A stretch of 64,000 nucleotides of DNA. Source: Macrostomum lignano. Lineage: Eukaryota. The notes beneath the pieces were generated by a model. That model did no database searches. It was not told where the DNA came from and was given only the letters and a program-made list of their open reading frames with translations. The translations under genes and the position numbers were made by a program. Positions 1 through 11,380 of the stretch are shown piece after piece (position 1 is the first letter of the stretch; each line of letters opens with the position of its first letter). The stretch covers positions 205,950 through 269,949 of the forward strand of contig NIVC01000102.1 of the NCBI GenBank assembly GCA_002269645.1, read 5' to 3'.

Positions 1-2946
1 CAAGGCGTACTGGGGAAGTTGTTGAGATGTTAAGGCTTATCGAGGGATTCGCTTTTCAAGGCGTCAAGGCTAATAGGATTACATTAATAATTGTTGCCCC
101 TACTTATTGGGCGCCCCAAACCCGAAAGAGGACAATGCATTGCAGATTGCTAGTATCTCATACTAGCTATAGTACTCGTATTTTAAAACATCATTTAAAA
201 TACGAGTTTAAAATACTTCTACTGCTTTCAGTCTTTCATGAAGCCTAAGCGTCATGAAAATGTAGATGCAAATTAAAAATCAAGAAAAAACAAGCAAAAT
301 TTTATTTTAAGGTAAAAAAAGTAGTGTTATTTACTTAATTAAACAAGAAAAAAAACTTTATTATACTATTTTTTACAATAAATTTGTTTTACTTTCACAA
401 AGTTTCTGGGAATTTAGTGCCAAGTTTGAATCCGTAAAATTCAATAGCGAGCCGGCCGACCTGCGTGCATGTTTTAGTGAGAGCTTGCAGTTAAAGTAAG
501 CCACTAGCTCACTTACGGCATTTGGCACGGTTTTCCTTTATTATTCGCAGACCTTGTCTAAATAAAAACTAAAAATCACTGCAATATCAATAATATTATA
601 CTCTGTACTCTGCAGATAATGCATTAATTATTACAAAACTTTAAGAAGGCTGATACGATGCTAACCATAAGTAAGAAATGAAGTTATTTACCTTGACATT
701 TGTTTTTTTCGATTCCATAGCTAGGTGGCTAGGCCTATCGCGTTTTTAACAACAAGAAATTTTTTCCTGCAAATAGGCCTAGGTCGACTCGAAGTATAGG
801 CCTAGCCCTAGCCTAGGCTAGGGCATCATCTTTTCGTAGATTTAAGAAGGAACTAGTCATCGATGACAATGGGTTGAAAAATCAACATTTGAATTCAGCC
901 GTGAGCCTAGAATTGGCCCCCAGGCCCAGCCCACACTAGAATGTTTAACCAATTAAGTTGCAATTGGGTTTCTATACACTTTGGTGCTTGCCTGCCTGGC
1001 ATTTTGTGGAAGGTTGCGGAATACCATATTGTGGTAGGTTTTCTGTGTACGCCGGACACATTTTCATAGAATTTTCAATTGTATGCCAACAAATTTTAAA
1101 TGTACGCCAACTTTCTTTGATGCCAAATGTATGCCAAAAAGAATTGAATATTTAAATATGGTCATGACAATTCTGGTAATTAAAATTATTAGTAAATGAG
1201 AAAATAGTAACAGGAAAAATAGTTTTTGAAATAACTTAACATAGAAAAATGCACAAAAAATTGTTTAGTCCTATATTAATTTGTACCCGTGTATGCCACA
1301 CTATACACCACACTGTACACAGCCAAGAAATGTATGCCAGTATATGCCACAGAACTCAAGTGTTTGCCGGAAAATTCCGGTGTATACCCCTCCTTCCGCA
1401 ATATGGATTTTATAGTGCCCCAGATTGCTGTTTGGTACCCCAGTTTATTGTTTATAATGCCAAAATAATAATAAAAAAGTAATTATATAGCAAACAATGA
1501 TAAACACTTTACAAAATATTTAAATTTTATATTTCTAATAAAAGTAGTGTCTACTTTGTTAAACTGGCATGTTTTTTTAATTTTAAAAAATCTAGTAAAT
1601 TTATTTGCATGCATTTACTATCTATGACTATGACTATATCCTATATATATAAATACAAGGCCACATTTAGCAAGCATACTATGCAGACTTAGGCCCTAGG
1701 CCTAGATATAAATAAAGTCCATTAATAGGCCTAGTATTCCACCGTAAGAAGGGTCTATATACCATAGCCATAGCTATAAGCAAAACTATGGCTTATTCCA
1801 ATTCTCTATTCCATAGCTGTAGGGACTTTAATATTACCATATTCCCATAGCAATAGCTATAGCCATAGCCATAGTTTTAACAAAGATTCTTGGAAATAAA
1901 GTCCTTTGAATTAGGAAGGTATAAGCCCAGTACTTAAATAACTGCAAGGGTTGTTTAAAAGACTGCAAAGAAAAACATTTTTTGCAAAAAAACTCAGCAA
2001 ACTAGCAGTGTCAAATGTGAAAGTTTTGTTACCAACATTACAAAAACATGTATAAAAGCAGAAGAAACATTTATTTGCTATATTTTATTTATTTATATTA
2101 AAAACCATGATTCCAAATTAACTAATAATAATCCAATAAAAGAATTTTTTTAATAAAATAAAAAAATATATATAATACAATGAGCAAACTAGCACCTAGT
2201 AAACTTTTTTTCTATAGTAAAGTATTAAACTATAAAGTGTGTTTGTTAATATGTTCATAGTTGATTACACTAAGTGATTTTAACTCCAAAACACCGAAAT
2301 ACCAAAATATCAATTTCTAATTAATTAGGTGAAAAGAAACTGACCCTATTCACATGGATTAGAGTTGAAATTTGCTAGTGTTTTTTAAATTTTGTAAATC
2401 ATGATACACTTTACTCAAGTATCTTTGTTTTACTTTACCTGTTTCTAATATTTTTTAAAATTTTTTAAATTTATAACTATGGCTATGGGAATCTATGGAA
2501 TGTGACAACAACTACCATATTTCTATAGTCATACCCATAAGAGCAGCTATCTACCATAGGGTAGGCATATCCATAGCTGCCATAGGCACCTATTTTACCA
2601 TATTTGCTGTAGGATCCCATTGCCGTGGCTATGGCTATGGCGGAACACTATCCATTAATGATGTTATACATAGTTTGATTAAAATCTATATGACTAGTCT
2701 ATTCTCTATTTTAGTATTGATTTCTTGAATCACATGATCCTGTTTTAATTCTTAAGAAATTGAATTAAGAGAAAAAATAAAATGAAACAAAACCTTTTTT
2801 TAAATGAGTCTTAGTAAATAAGACAATATTTTTAAATTATTAATATTAGTTTTAATTATTAAAACACCAGGTTAGCTTAACATTTAACAAACATTGCTAA
2901 ATTAGGACTAACTTTATATAATATAGGCCCTATATATATATTTGTG

Positions 2947-3005
2947 GGTTCCTGGACATTTTGGTGACAAGACATTTTGGTGATAGCCTTTTTGGTGACA
3001 ATTTG
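2947..3005 (+). mobile_element. Isolated terminal segment of a MULE-like non-autonomous element (same terminus as 35298-36141)
   Basis: GGTTCCTGGACA terminus followed by subterminal repeats (gacattttggtgac); the partner end was not found. Confidence 0.4.
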
Positions 3006-3729
3006 GTAGATGCTGATTCAAGTGTGATGCTCACCTGGAGCATACCTTTTGGTCTGTACCATCCTATAGTAGTGATGGATCAAAATTTGATTTCGATTTC
3101 GAGATTCCAAATTTCGAAACTAATTTTGCATCAAAATAATTTCAATTTCGAATTTCGACACCATTCATCGAAAATTATTTCGAAATTTTGGTTATATTTT
3201 AACAATTTAGACATTGATGATCATGCTACACAAGTAAGAAAATCTATAGGAAATGAAAGGAAGTGCGGTTCAAAGACTCAGTGGGGAGGTGAGAATCGCC
3301 TTTTCTACAAGAAAGATTGTGCGGGGCGGGGCACATACTGTTCCAGGCCTTGTGCTGCATCCACCTCAACCTCTACAAGCCCACTGGCTGAACTCATCGG
3401 CGTGGATTTTAATTGGCTAAAGACTTAAAGCCTTAATGAAATGGACTACTCGTATCTAGATCTTCAGCTTAAACAGCGGTGAAGTATAGTACAACTTCTA
3501 CTATATTTCTATGTACGAGTGTATAATACATAATACACCAGCATTTTCTATTTTGTATTTTTAAAGTAAGTTAAATCTTAAGTATTCTGGTTTAAACATA
3601 TCAAAGATACTTTTTATAAAACATGTAAGCTCATACATGCAGAGGCAAGGTGTTAACCTTTTTGCATGATTAGCGAAAAAGTAAAAATTTGTTAAGCTCA
3701 AGAATTGTATGGTATGGGTATGGTATGGT

Positions 3730-4060
3730 AATGGTATGGGGTGAAGACAAGATCATGCACAACACAAGACTCACTAATGTTCAGAACATTTTGAGAAAGA
3801 ATGGACTTCACATCAACAAGGAAAAAAGCATTTTCAATCAACTAGCAATCAAATTCCTGGGTTACAAAATAAATGAGAAAGGAGTAAGACCCATACCAAA
3901 GAAGGCAAGAGCAATTGCTAGGATGGAGGAACCCAAGGACGTTAAAACACTGCAATCATTCATTGGAATGGTAGAGTTCTACAACAGGTATATACCAAAC
4001 CTAGTGACTATCCAAGAGCCACCTACAAATCTAACTCACTCTAGAGTATGCTGGGCATAG
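3730..4060 (+). pseudogene. Ty3/Gypsy reverse transcriptase relic (C-terminal RT/thumb)
   Basis: ORF 3689-4060 reads ...LRKNGLHINKEKSIFNQLAIKFLGYKINEKGVRP...EPKDVKTLQSFIGMVEFYNRYIPN, matching the Gypsy RT pattern L.KC.F...FLG...G..P...P..K.L.SFLG...YY.FIPN. The YxDD region is absent and the ORF stops early. Confidence 0.85.
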
Positions 4061-4258
4061 GGAAAGCATGAAAGTGATACCTTTAACATGAATCATGTTG
4101 CAGCTTAAACATCAGTGTAAGGAACCTGATAGGTTTCACTACTCAAAGCTGGGCATGCCAGACATTGGCTAATGGTTACTTGGTAATCTGTGTACATGGT
4201 GCACAACTGGGCCATTCCATATAATTATAGTTGTAACATGACAGACTATTTTTACTTA

Positions 4259-4536
4259 CATGCATGCGCAACCTCCAAAATTCAGTCGGCTGCGCAACTT
4301 AGTTTTAACAAAAATGCAATGTAGTTTTTGGCCAAAAATGCGACTTTCATATAAAAAAAATCCTAAAACAAAATTAACGTAACTTTGGGTAAATGGCAGG
4401 AGTAACTATGACTGTCTTATTAAGCCAAAATGCCTCGTCAGCAACTTAGTACTACTATTTGGGTGGGCATTTTTGTGACTTCCTTGATTGGCCGCCAAAT
4501 CGGTTGGCCAAATCGGCCGACTGTTGCGCATGTATG
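4259..4536 (+). mobile_element. hAT-type MITE (278 bp) carrying a 28S rRNA-derived segment
   Basis: TIRs CATGCATGCGCAAC (4259-4272) and GTTGCGCATGTATG (4523-4536); perfect 8-bp TSD TTTACTTA at 4251-4258 and 4537-4544. An 8-bp TSD is characteristic of hAT elements. Confidence 0.85.
4387..4450 (+). other. 28S rRNA-derived fragment (helix 69-71 region); not a functional rRNA gene
   Basis: GGGTAAATGGCAGGAGTAACTATGACTGTCTTATTAAGCCAAAATGCCTCGTCA versus conserved eukaryotic 28S GGGTAAACGGCGGGAGTAACTATGACTCTCTTAAGGTAGCCAAATGCCTCGTCA; 30 of the first 33 nt are identical. Confidence 0.88.
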
Positions 4537-7500
4537 TTTACTTATAAAATGAAATCTAATAATAGAATATACTAAACCAATATTTTAAATGAAATATTAT
4601 TTTGTCAAAAATATGTTTATAAAGTTTCATATAGATATCATCATTAGTATAGATGCTATTAAACCTTGAATGGCACTTATGGTCGTAACAACAGGATTTT
4701 TGACATATAGAAACTAAAAGGTAAAAGTCTTATAACATTTTTCATTTTTGATATTTTGCAAAAAAATTTTTAAATTTGACTAAAAACATCTTTAGAAGTC
4801 ATAACTCTTTTATTAGAATATATAAACTCAAAAAGGCAACAAAGATACAAAAGAAAAGGCAGCCTTATGTTAGTAACATTATGGTCGTAACATATTTTTT
4901 TCTGTCAATTCAGTAACTTTGACGTACTAATATATTAAAAATATAATAGATTATATGGTTGCTAATGTTTTTACCTGATAATGCAAGTACTATGATTTTA
5001 TATATAGTTTGTTTTAACCTTCTAATGCTTTCTATTTTTTTAAAAGGTACATAAACTTAATGATGTCTTTTGCTTAGAAAATGTCCAATTTTTTACAAAA
5101 ATAACTTTTTGCCAATTGATAACATACTTATCCAACATTTGATCATTTATTTATTCTTAGATTGTATACATTACACACAAAAAAGATTTGGTAAAAAATT
5201 GGCTGATAAGGCAATGACAAGCAAAAATATTGACTTTTTTCTATTTTCCAAATATGTCCATCTTATATGGAATGGGCCAACTGACTAAAGGGAGAGTGTT
5301 ACAGTTTTATTTATAAGCTTCATGCTGATTGTTCTTTATTTAGCTGAAGCTGCGGCTCTATAAATATGAATATGATATTGCCAATATTCAAATTTTGGTA
5401 TAGGACTTTCAGGTATCAGCGATACTTTTTTTCAGAAAAGGTATTGGAGTATTGGTTTTTACCAATACAAACCAATACTTTTTTAGTATCATGCATACCA
5501 CTGATAATATCTGTATTGCATGAAAAACCTAACCTAGGTTTTTTACTAATGTTTGATATTGAATTACATCCAAGGTCTATTTGAAAAGAATGTTTGATAG
5601 GCTTGAAAGTTATTAATTCTGATTGTAGGCTTATTAGATTTTTTTGACTTACTCTTTGCCACTTATATTCATCATTGCAATCACTTATATTTTTAAGTAG
5701 TAATGCAACTGCTGACAAGATATTCAAATTGATTGCATCCTTATAGCTCTTAGAAACAGTGCAATTCACATGAGGCTCAAAAAATAGAAGTTATCTTTTT
5801 GTTGCCTAATCCTGTTCTGTTGTGAACTATTTGTATTTTGTTTGTCATTAGCCTCGAAATGATCTTCACAACTGCCTTTTCAGGGTATTCCCATAAAAAA
5901 GAGCTCAAGTGACCTTTTTGTACCAGTCTTGATCTCTTGTAATTGTAAGAAGGCTTTCTACTTTGTTGATTAAATCAATCAAGGAAATATAAAAGACTTT
6001 GTTAATAATTTGTTTGTCTTACTATGTAAGTGGGATGGGCATGGTTCGCGGTTAAGCTACTGGTTTCTATTGCTAAGGATTATGAGTGAACTATTATCTG
6101 CTGTACTGATTTGAGATTTGGTAGAATTGTTGCCACCAGGTTCCTGCTGTTCCCTAATTCTAGCTTTAGGTTTAAAGAACTGAGTCAGGACACTAATTTA
6201 GACTTAGTTAACACAAAAAGTTTTAATAAGAGTAATTTACGGTACAAAAGTTAGGTTTTACATTAGTTCCTATACTTAAGTTTTCTGTTGTGCATTGGGC
6301 AAGACTCCCAGTTTATAGATTTAGAGGCAAGACTCCTCTGTGCACGCCTAAATTATATTTCTTTTATTTATTTCCCCTTCTTACCGCTTTTCTTGTGGAT
6401 TTTCCAAGTTCGAAGACACTCCAACAACAAATACTACAACTTTTCTTTCCCAAGAGCCCAACTGCTCTGTAGTTCTAAAGGAACCCCAATTTTATCCACT
6501 TACCCCTGCTCTAATTATTTCCCCGGGTTGAAACTACTGATAGTAGGGTAAAAGCATATTTAAACCTGCATTAATTCCCGTTCCTAAAATAATTCCCTAC
6601 TACATAAGACTCAAGTATACAGGTCTAAAAGTCTAAGAAGAAAAAGCACTAAGGCAGCATATAAAGTGGCATGCTTCAGTCAAAAATAGCTAATAACTAG
6701 CAATAATAATATACAAATCAATAGCCAATGTTGCTAATATTCCTGGCAAGACTCACAAAGTAGTTAGAATAGCATGCACACTAATACTAGAGGCAGTTTT
6801 AAAAGCCATTAGATGGTCTCATTGAATAGTTGGTGCATTGCTTACTATTGATTGAGGTAATATAATTGGATTAATAGTTATTGTAAGCAAGTAAGCTATT
6901 GAAGTTGAACCACTGTCTCCAAGACTTATTATGCTACCTATTGCGTGATGTAGCAGATTTTCATTTTGAGGCAATGGCAAAAAAGTCAATAGTTGGGGTT
7001 CCAAAATATCCAAATGAACATTTATTGACAAATGTGGTGCTTGATTTGCTAGCTTTTATATTCAAATTAGTTACATCATAGTCTGCTTCTTTTGTATCAT
7101 TAAACCCAGTTGTTTTATCTATATCACATGCAAAATGTGCTATTGTTTGTTTTGTAATGGCAAATCTAGGGAGTTGGTCAACTAATTGCTAAATAATGAT
7201 ATCCAGGATTAGTTAGTTTAGCTGACAGTTATGTATATATATATATACTTATCAAGGTAAATAAACAATATATAAGTTTCTTTTCATCAACTAGCAGCAG
7301 GCTAGAATCTTATAATTTTGTTAATTGAAACAGTATAGTAGCTATAACTCTATGGCTATAGTTTGTGCATATTTATAAAATTTTGTTCAAATTTGACTAA
7401 GCTATAAGTTGCATATCTGGTCCAAGTAGGGCAGGTGTGCTAATCTACCAATTATATAGGTATTTACAGTTATAATAAAAATTTAAAGATCATATAATGA

Positions 7501-8062
7501 TAGTTCAAATTTCAAGTTTTTGAATGTCCTAAATATCTAATTTATTAGTAAACCTACATATAGCCCAGTATATTATCCTGGTATATAGCCCAAATATTAA
7601 TGACAAAATAAGTATAAGTTCAATTTTGAACTAATGTTACAAATTAGAAATTATATAACAAACATATATACAATTTTAGTCTGTAAAGATAGATCTTTTA
7701 TATTGAGTTTACTATTTGCTATATAAGTACAATTCATTTTTTAAGTTACCATTAAAGATTAATGAAAAATGAATACAAAAGTTGTTGAATTTGCAATTTT
7801 GACCTTAGCTAGTACCATTGATAATAATTTATTGCTTACATTAAGTTCACACGAAAATAACAGTCATATTAGTTTAAAAAATGAGGTATTTTTTATTTAA
7901 ACTTATAAAGTAAAGGCATTGGAAGGCATTTATTATTAGATTATTTTTTAATGTAGATGTCATATCAATTGATACACGAAAAAGTAAACTGGGGTATAGA
8001 AAATTATGCTATTAAAATGTTGCATTCCTAGCAAGTGAATTGGGGGGCAAACTGCATTTCAG

Positions 8063-8584
8063 TCTACGCCAGTGCACCAACCGCAGACTGCTGCTCCTCA
8101 GCAGCAAGCAGCCACTCCGTCGACTACACCAACTCCCACACCGCCTCAGACGCCTCATCTGCAGAATCAGCAGCAGCAGCAGCCTCGTACTGCTGTCAGA
8201 ATCAATCTGCATCCGGATTCGGCGGCCACCCCAGCCGGAGGCGGCGGCGGAGGCGGCAGTTCCATGTCCTCAAATAAGCGACCCCTGCGCCAGTGGTCTG
8301 TGGAAGAAGTGGCCGACTGGCTGTCCAGGCGTGGCGGCCCAGTGTGCGGCAAATATGTTGCAAGATTTCGCGAGCACCAGATCTCCGGTTTGGCACTGCC
8401 GTTGTTGAACAATGCCAGACTGCTGCTTATGGGTGTGAACTCTTCATCAGAGCGGGACGAACTGATGCGGCATATAATGCGACTGCGATTGAAATATGCT
8501 TCTATAGAGCTGCAGCAGGTCAGCGATATTGCCAAGTCTGGATCGGCGCAAACTGGCAGGCCGATTATCCGGCATCACACTTGA
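8063..8584 (+). CDS. SAM-domain adaptor, Aveugle/Hyphen (SAMD10/SAMD12)-like; exon starting at acceptor 8062|8063, true start unresolved (first ATG at 8264)
   Basis: RPLRQWSVEEVADWL...ARFREHQISGLALPLL...LLLMGV..SERDELMRHIMRLRLKYASIEL matches a SAM fold plus the Aveugle-type C-terminal helix. In-frame stop at 8036; acceptor tttcag ends at 8062. Confidence 0.72.
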   Translation, partial: STPVHQPQTAAPQQQAATPSTTPTPTPPQTPHLQNQQQQQPRTAVRINLHPDSAATPAGGGGGGGSSMSSNKRPLRQWSVEEVADWLSRRGGPVCGKYVARFREHQISGLALPLLNNARLLLMGVNSSSERDELMRHIMRLRLKYASIELQQVSDIAKSGSAQTGRPIIRHHT

Positions 8585-8855
8585 GCTCGCTTAGACTGTT
8601 GCGGTTTTGTGCATTTTCTTCACGTGTCAGGATTAAAAAAAAACTTTAGTTTGATAAGCTTACAACTTTGTATCGTTCAATAAATAATAAGTCTTAGTCA
8701 TTTTTATTATAATATACAAGGACTTCTTAAGTAGAAGGACGGGATAATACGTTTCTTGGAAAACTTGAGGTTTTTACCGAAAAAGTACACTGCCGGAGAT
8801 GGAAAATTCTGCCTGTTTTGATAGCAGGTGAACCCAATGTTCATATGTTCAATGT

Positions 8856-9020
8856 CATACATGCGCAACCTTGGGAATCACCCGGCCGTTTCTATTGGCA
8901 ACGCATACATGTAAGTCGCTATTGGCTGAGAGCAGTCACGTGACTACTATTCCGTAAAATAGCGACTTACATGTGTGTGTGTTGCCAATAGAAACGGCCG
9001 AGTGAATCCCAAGGTTGCGC
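8856..9020. mobile_element. Foldback (long inverted repeat) MITE-like element sharing the CATACATGCGCAAC terminus
   Basis: Arms of about 60 bp at 8863-8923 and 8958-9020 are reverse complements; the left end is CATACATGCGCAAC; central palindrome GTCACGTGAC at 8935-8944. Confidence 0.7.
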
Positions 9021-9752
9021 CCAAGCATGGATACTAGAACCACTCAGGCATATATACTTAGCAAAAGAGCTTTCTACTTTCAGTTTAGTAGCATTGAAGA
9101 ATATATAAGCTATTTTATAAGAATAAAGGCAGCTGAGATGACTTTGATAAGGTTCATCCATAATGTACATTAGCCGCTGAAATGTACAAGGCAGATGTAG
9201 GCTGGAACAACTAAAGAACGTTATAAAAATTGGGTGGCGGCTCAGAGGGTAGAGGTTCTATGTGGAGTCTAAGGGTTTAAGTTTGGGGGAGGGTGAGAGC
9301 CAATAAATAAGTCTTGTCATAAAAAAACTTTAAAATGCTTGTTCAACCTACTACTGAACTGAAAGTAGCTTACTACATGCAAATGTGCTGAGTGGTCTAT
9401 CTAGTCAGTCTAGTATCTGTTATCTCACTTTCCTAATGTACTTTAATATTGTACTTTAATCATAAGTTGTAATTACAACCTAATAAGTTAACTCCTTAGT
9501 ATTGTTGTGTTATTGTATGGAGCGTTACTTAAGCGTTATTTGATTCAATTGATTATGACATTTTCTCAATGGATTCGAAATATACGAGCCAATAAAGTTA
9601 TTAAATGTGTTTTTTGTTTTAATGTTTCTATTGCCAGCGTTGAGAATTTTACTACATACAAAGTAAATTCTATGACTGTGATTGTAAGTAAAATGTACTT
9701 TGCAATGAAATCATGTAGAGTGATTAAATTCCACACAGTTGAGCACATTTGT

Positions 9753-11125
9753 CTCAGCATCATTCCCCCCGGGCATCATTCCTTCTCAGCATCATTGCCC
9801 CTCGGCCCTCGGCATCATTCCCCCTCAGCATAATTCCCCCTTAACATAATTCCTCAACATCAACCCCTCTCAGCATCATTCCCCTCTCAGCATCCTTCCC
9901 CTCTCAGCATCATTCCCCTCTCAGCATCCTTCCCCTCTCAGCATCCTTCCCCTCTCAGCATCATTCCCCTCTCAGCATCCTTCCCCTCTCAGCATCATTC
10001 CCCTCTCAGCATCCTTCCCCTCTCAGCATCATTCCCCTCTCAGCATCATTTCCCTCTCAGCATCATTACCCTCTCAGCATCATTCCCCTCTCAGCATCAT
10101 TCCCCTCTCAGCATCATTCCCCTCTCAGCATCATTTCGCTCTTAGCATCATTTCCCTCTTAGCATCATTTCCCTCTCAGCATCATTCCCCTCTCAGCATC
10201 ATTCCCCTCTCCGCATCATTGCCCTCTCAGCATCATTCCCCCTCAGCATCATTCCCCTCTCAGCATCATTCCCCCTCAGCATCATTCCCCTCTCAGCATC
10301 ATTCCTTACTCGGCATCATTCCCCTCCGCAACATTTTCTTAGCAACGCCCCCTTAACATAATCTTTGCGCATCATTTTTCTCAACATCAATCCGCAATAG
10401 TCAGCCGATAGATTTAGTTATTTTTTTATATATATTAGTACCTGATGTCAGTATTATAACTCTTCTGTTTCAGCAGTCTAAACAACCCGCATCCCCTCTC
10501 CGCATCATTTCCCTCTCAGCATCATTCCCCTCTCAGCATCATTCCCCTCTCCGCATCATTCCCCTCTCAGCATCATTCCCCTCTCCGCATCATTCCCCTC
10601 TCAGCATCATTCCCCTCTCAGCATCATTCCCCTCTCAGCATCATTCCCCTCTCAGCATCATTTTCCTCTCAGCATCATTCCCCTCTCAGCATCATTTTCC
10701 TCTCAGCATCATTCCCCTCTCAGCATCATTCCCCTCTCCGCATCATTCCCCTCTCAGCATCATTCCCCTCTCAGCATCATTTCCCTCGCAGCATCATTTC
10801 CTTCTCAGCATCATTCCCCTCTCAGCATCATTCCCCTCTCAGCATCATTCCCCTCTCAGCATCATTCCCCTCTCAGCATCATTCCCCTCTCCGCATCATT
10901 GCCCTCTCAGCATCATTCCCCTCTCAGCATCATTCCCCTCTCAGCATCATTCCCCTCTCAGCATCATTCCCCTCTCCGCATCATTCCCCTCTCAGCATCA
11001 TTCCCCTCTCCGCATCATTGCCCTCTCAGCATCATTCCCCCTCAGCATCATTCCCCTCTCAGCATCATTCCCCCTCAGCATCATTCCCCTCTCAGCATCA
11101 TTCCTTACTCAGCATCATTCCCCTC
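9753..11125. repeat. 17-bp minisatellite (cagcatcattcccctct) in two blocks, about 9753-10330 and 10490-11125
   Basis: Dozens of directly visible tandem copies. Confidence 0.95.
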
Positions 11126-11380
11126 CGCAACATTTTCTTAGCAACGCCCCCTTAACATAATCTTTGCGCATCATTTTTCTCAACATCAATCCGCAATAGT
11201 CAGCCGATAGATTTAGTTATTTTTTTATATATATTAGTACCTGATGTCAGTATTATAACTCTTCTGTTTCAGCAGTCTAAACAACCCGGATCGCATACTT
11301 GATGGTGACACTCCACGGATTGGCCTTCATTCAGCTGGTCTAGTAAAGGGTTTTAATTGATTAGTAAATCAAATAAATTA

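Noticed and set aside
2961-3428. 155-aa ORF
   Set aside because: Spans transposon-end fragments and TTCGAA-rich non-coding sequence; no protein motif.
4387-4450. Functional 28S rRNA gene
   Set aside because: Only about 60 nt match, embedded in a TIR element; no flanking rRNA sequence.
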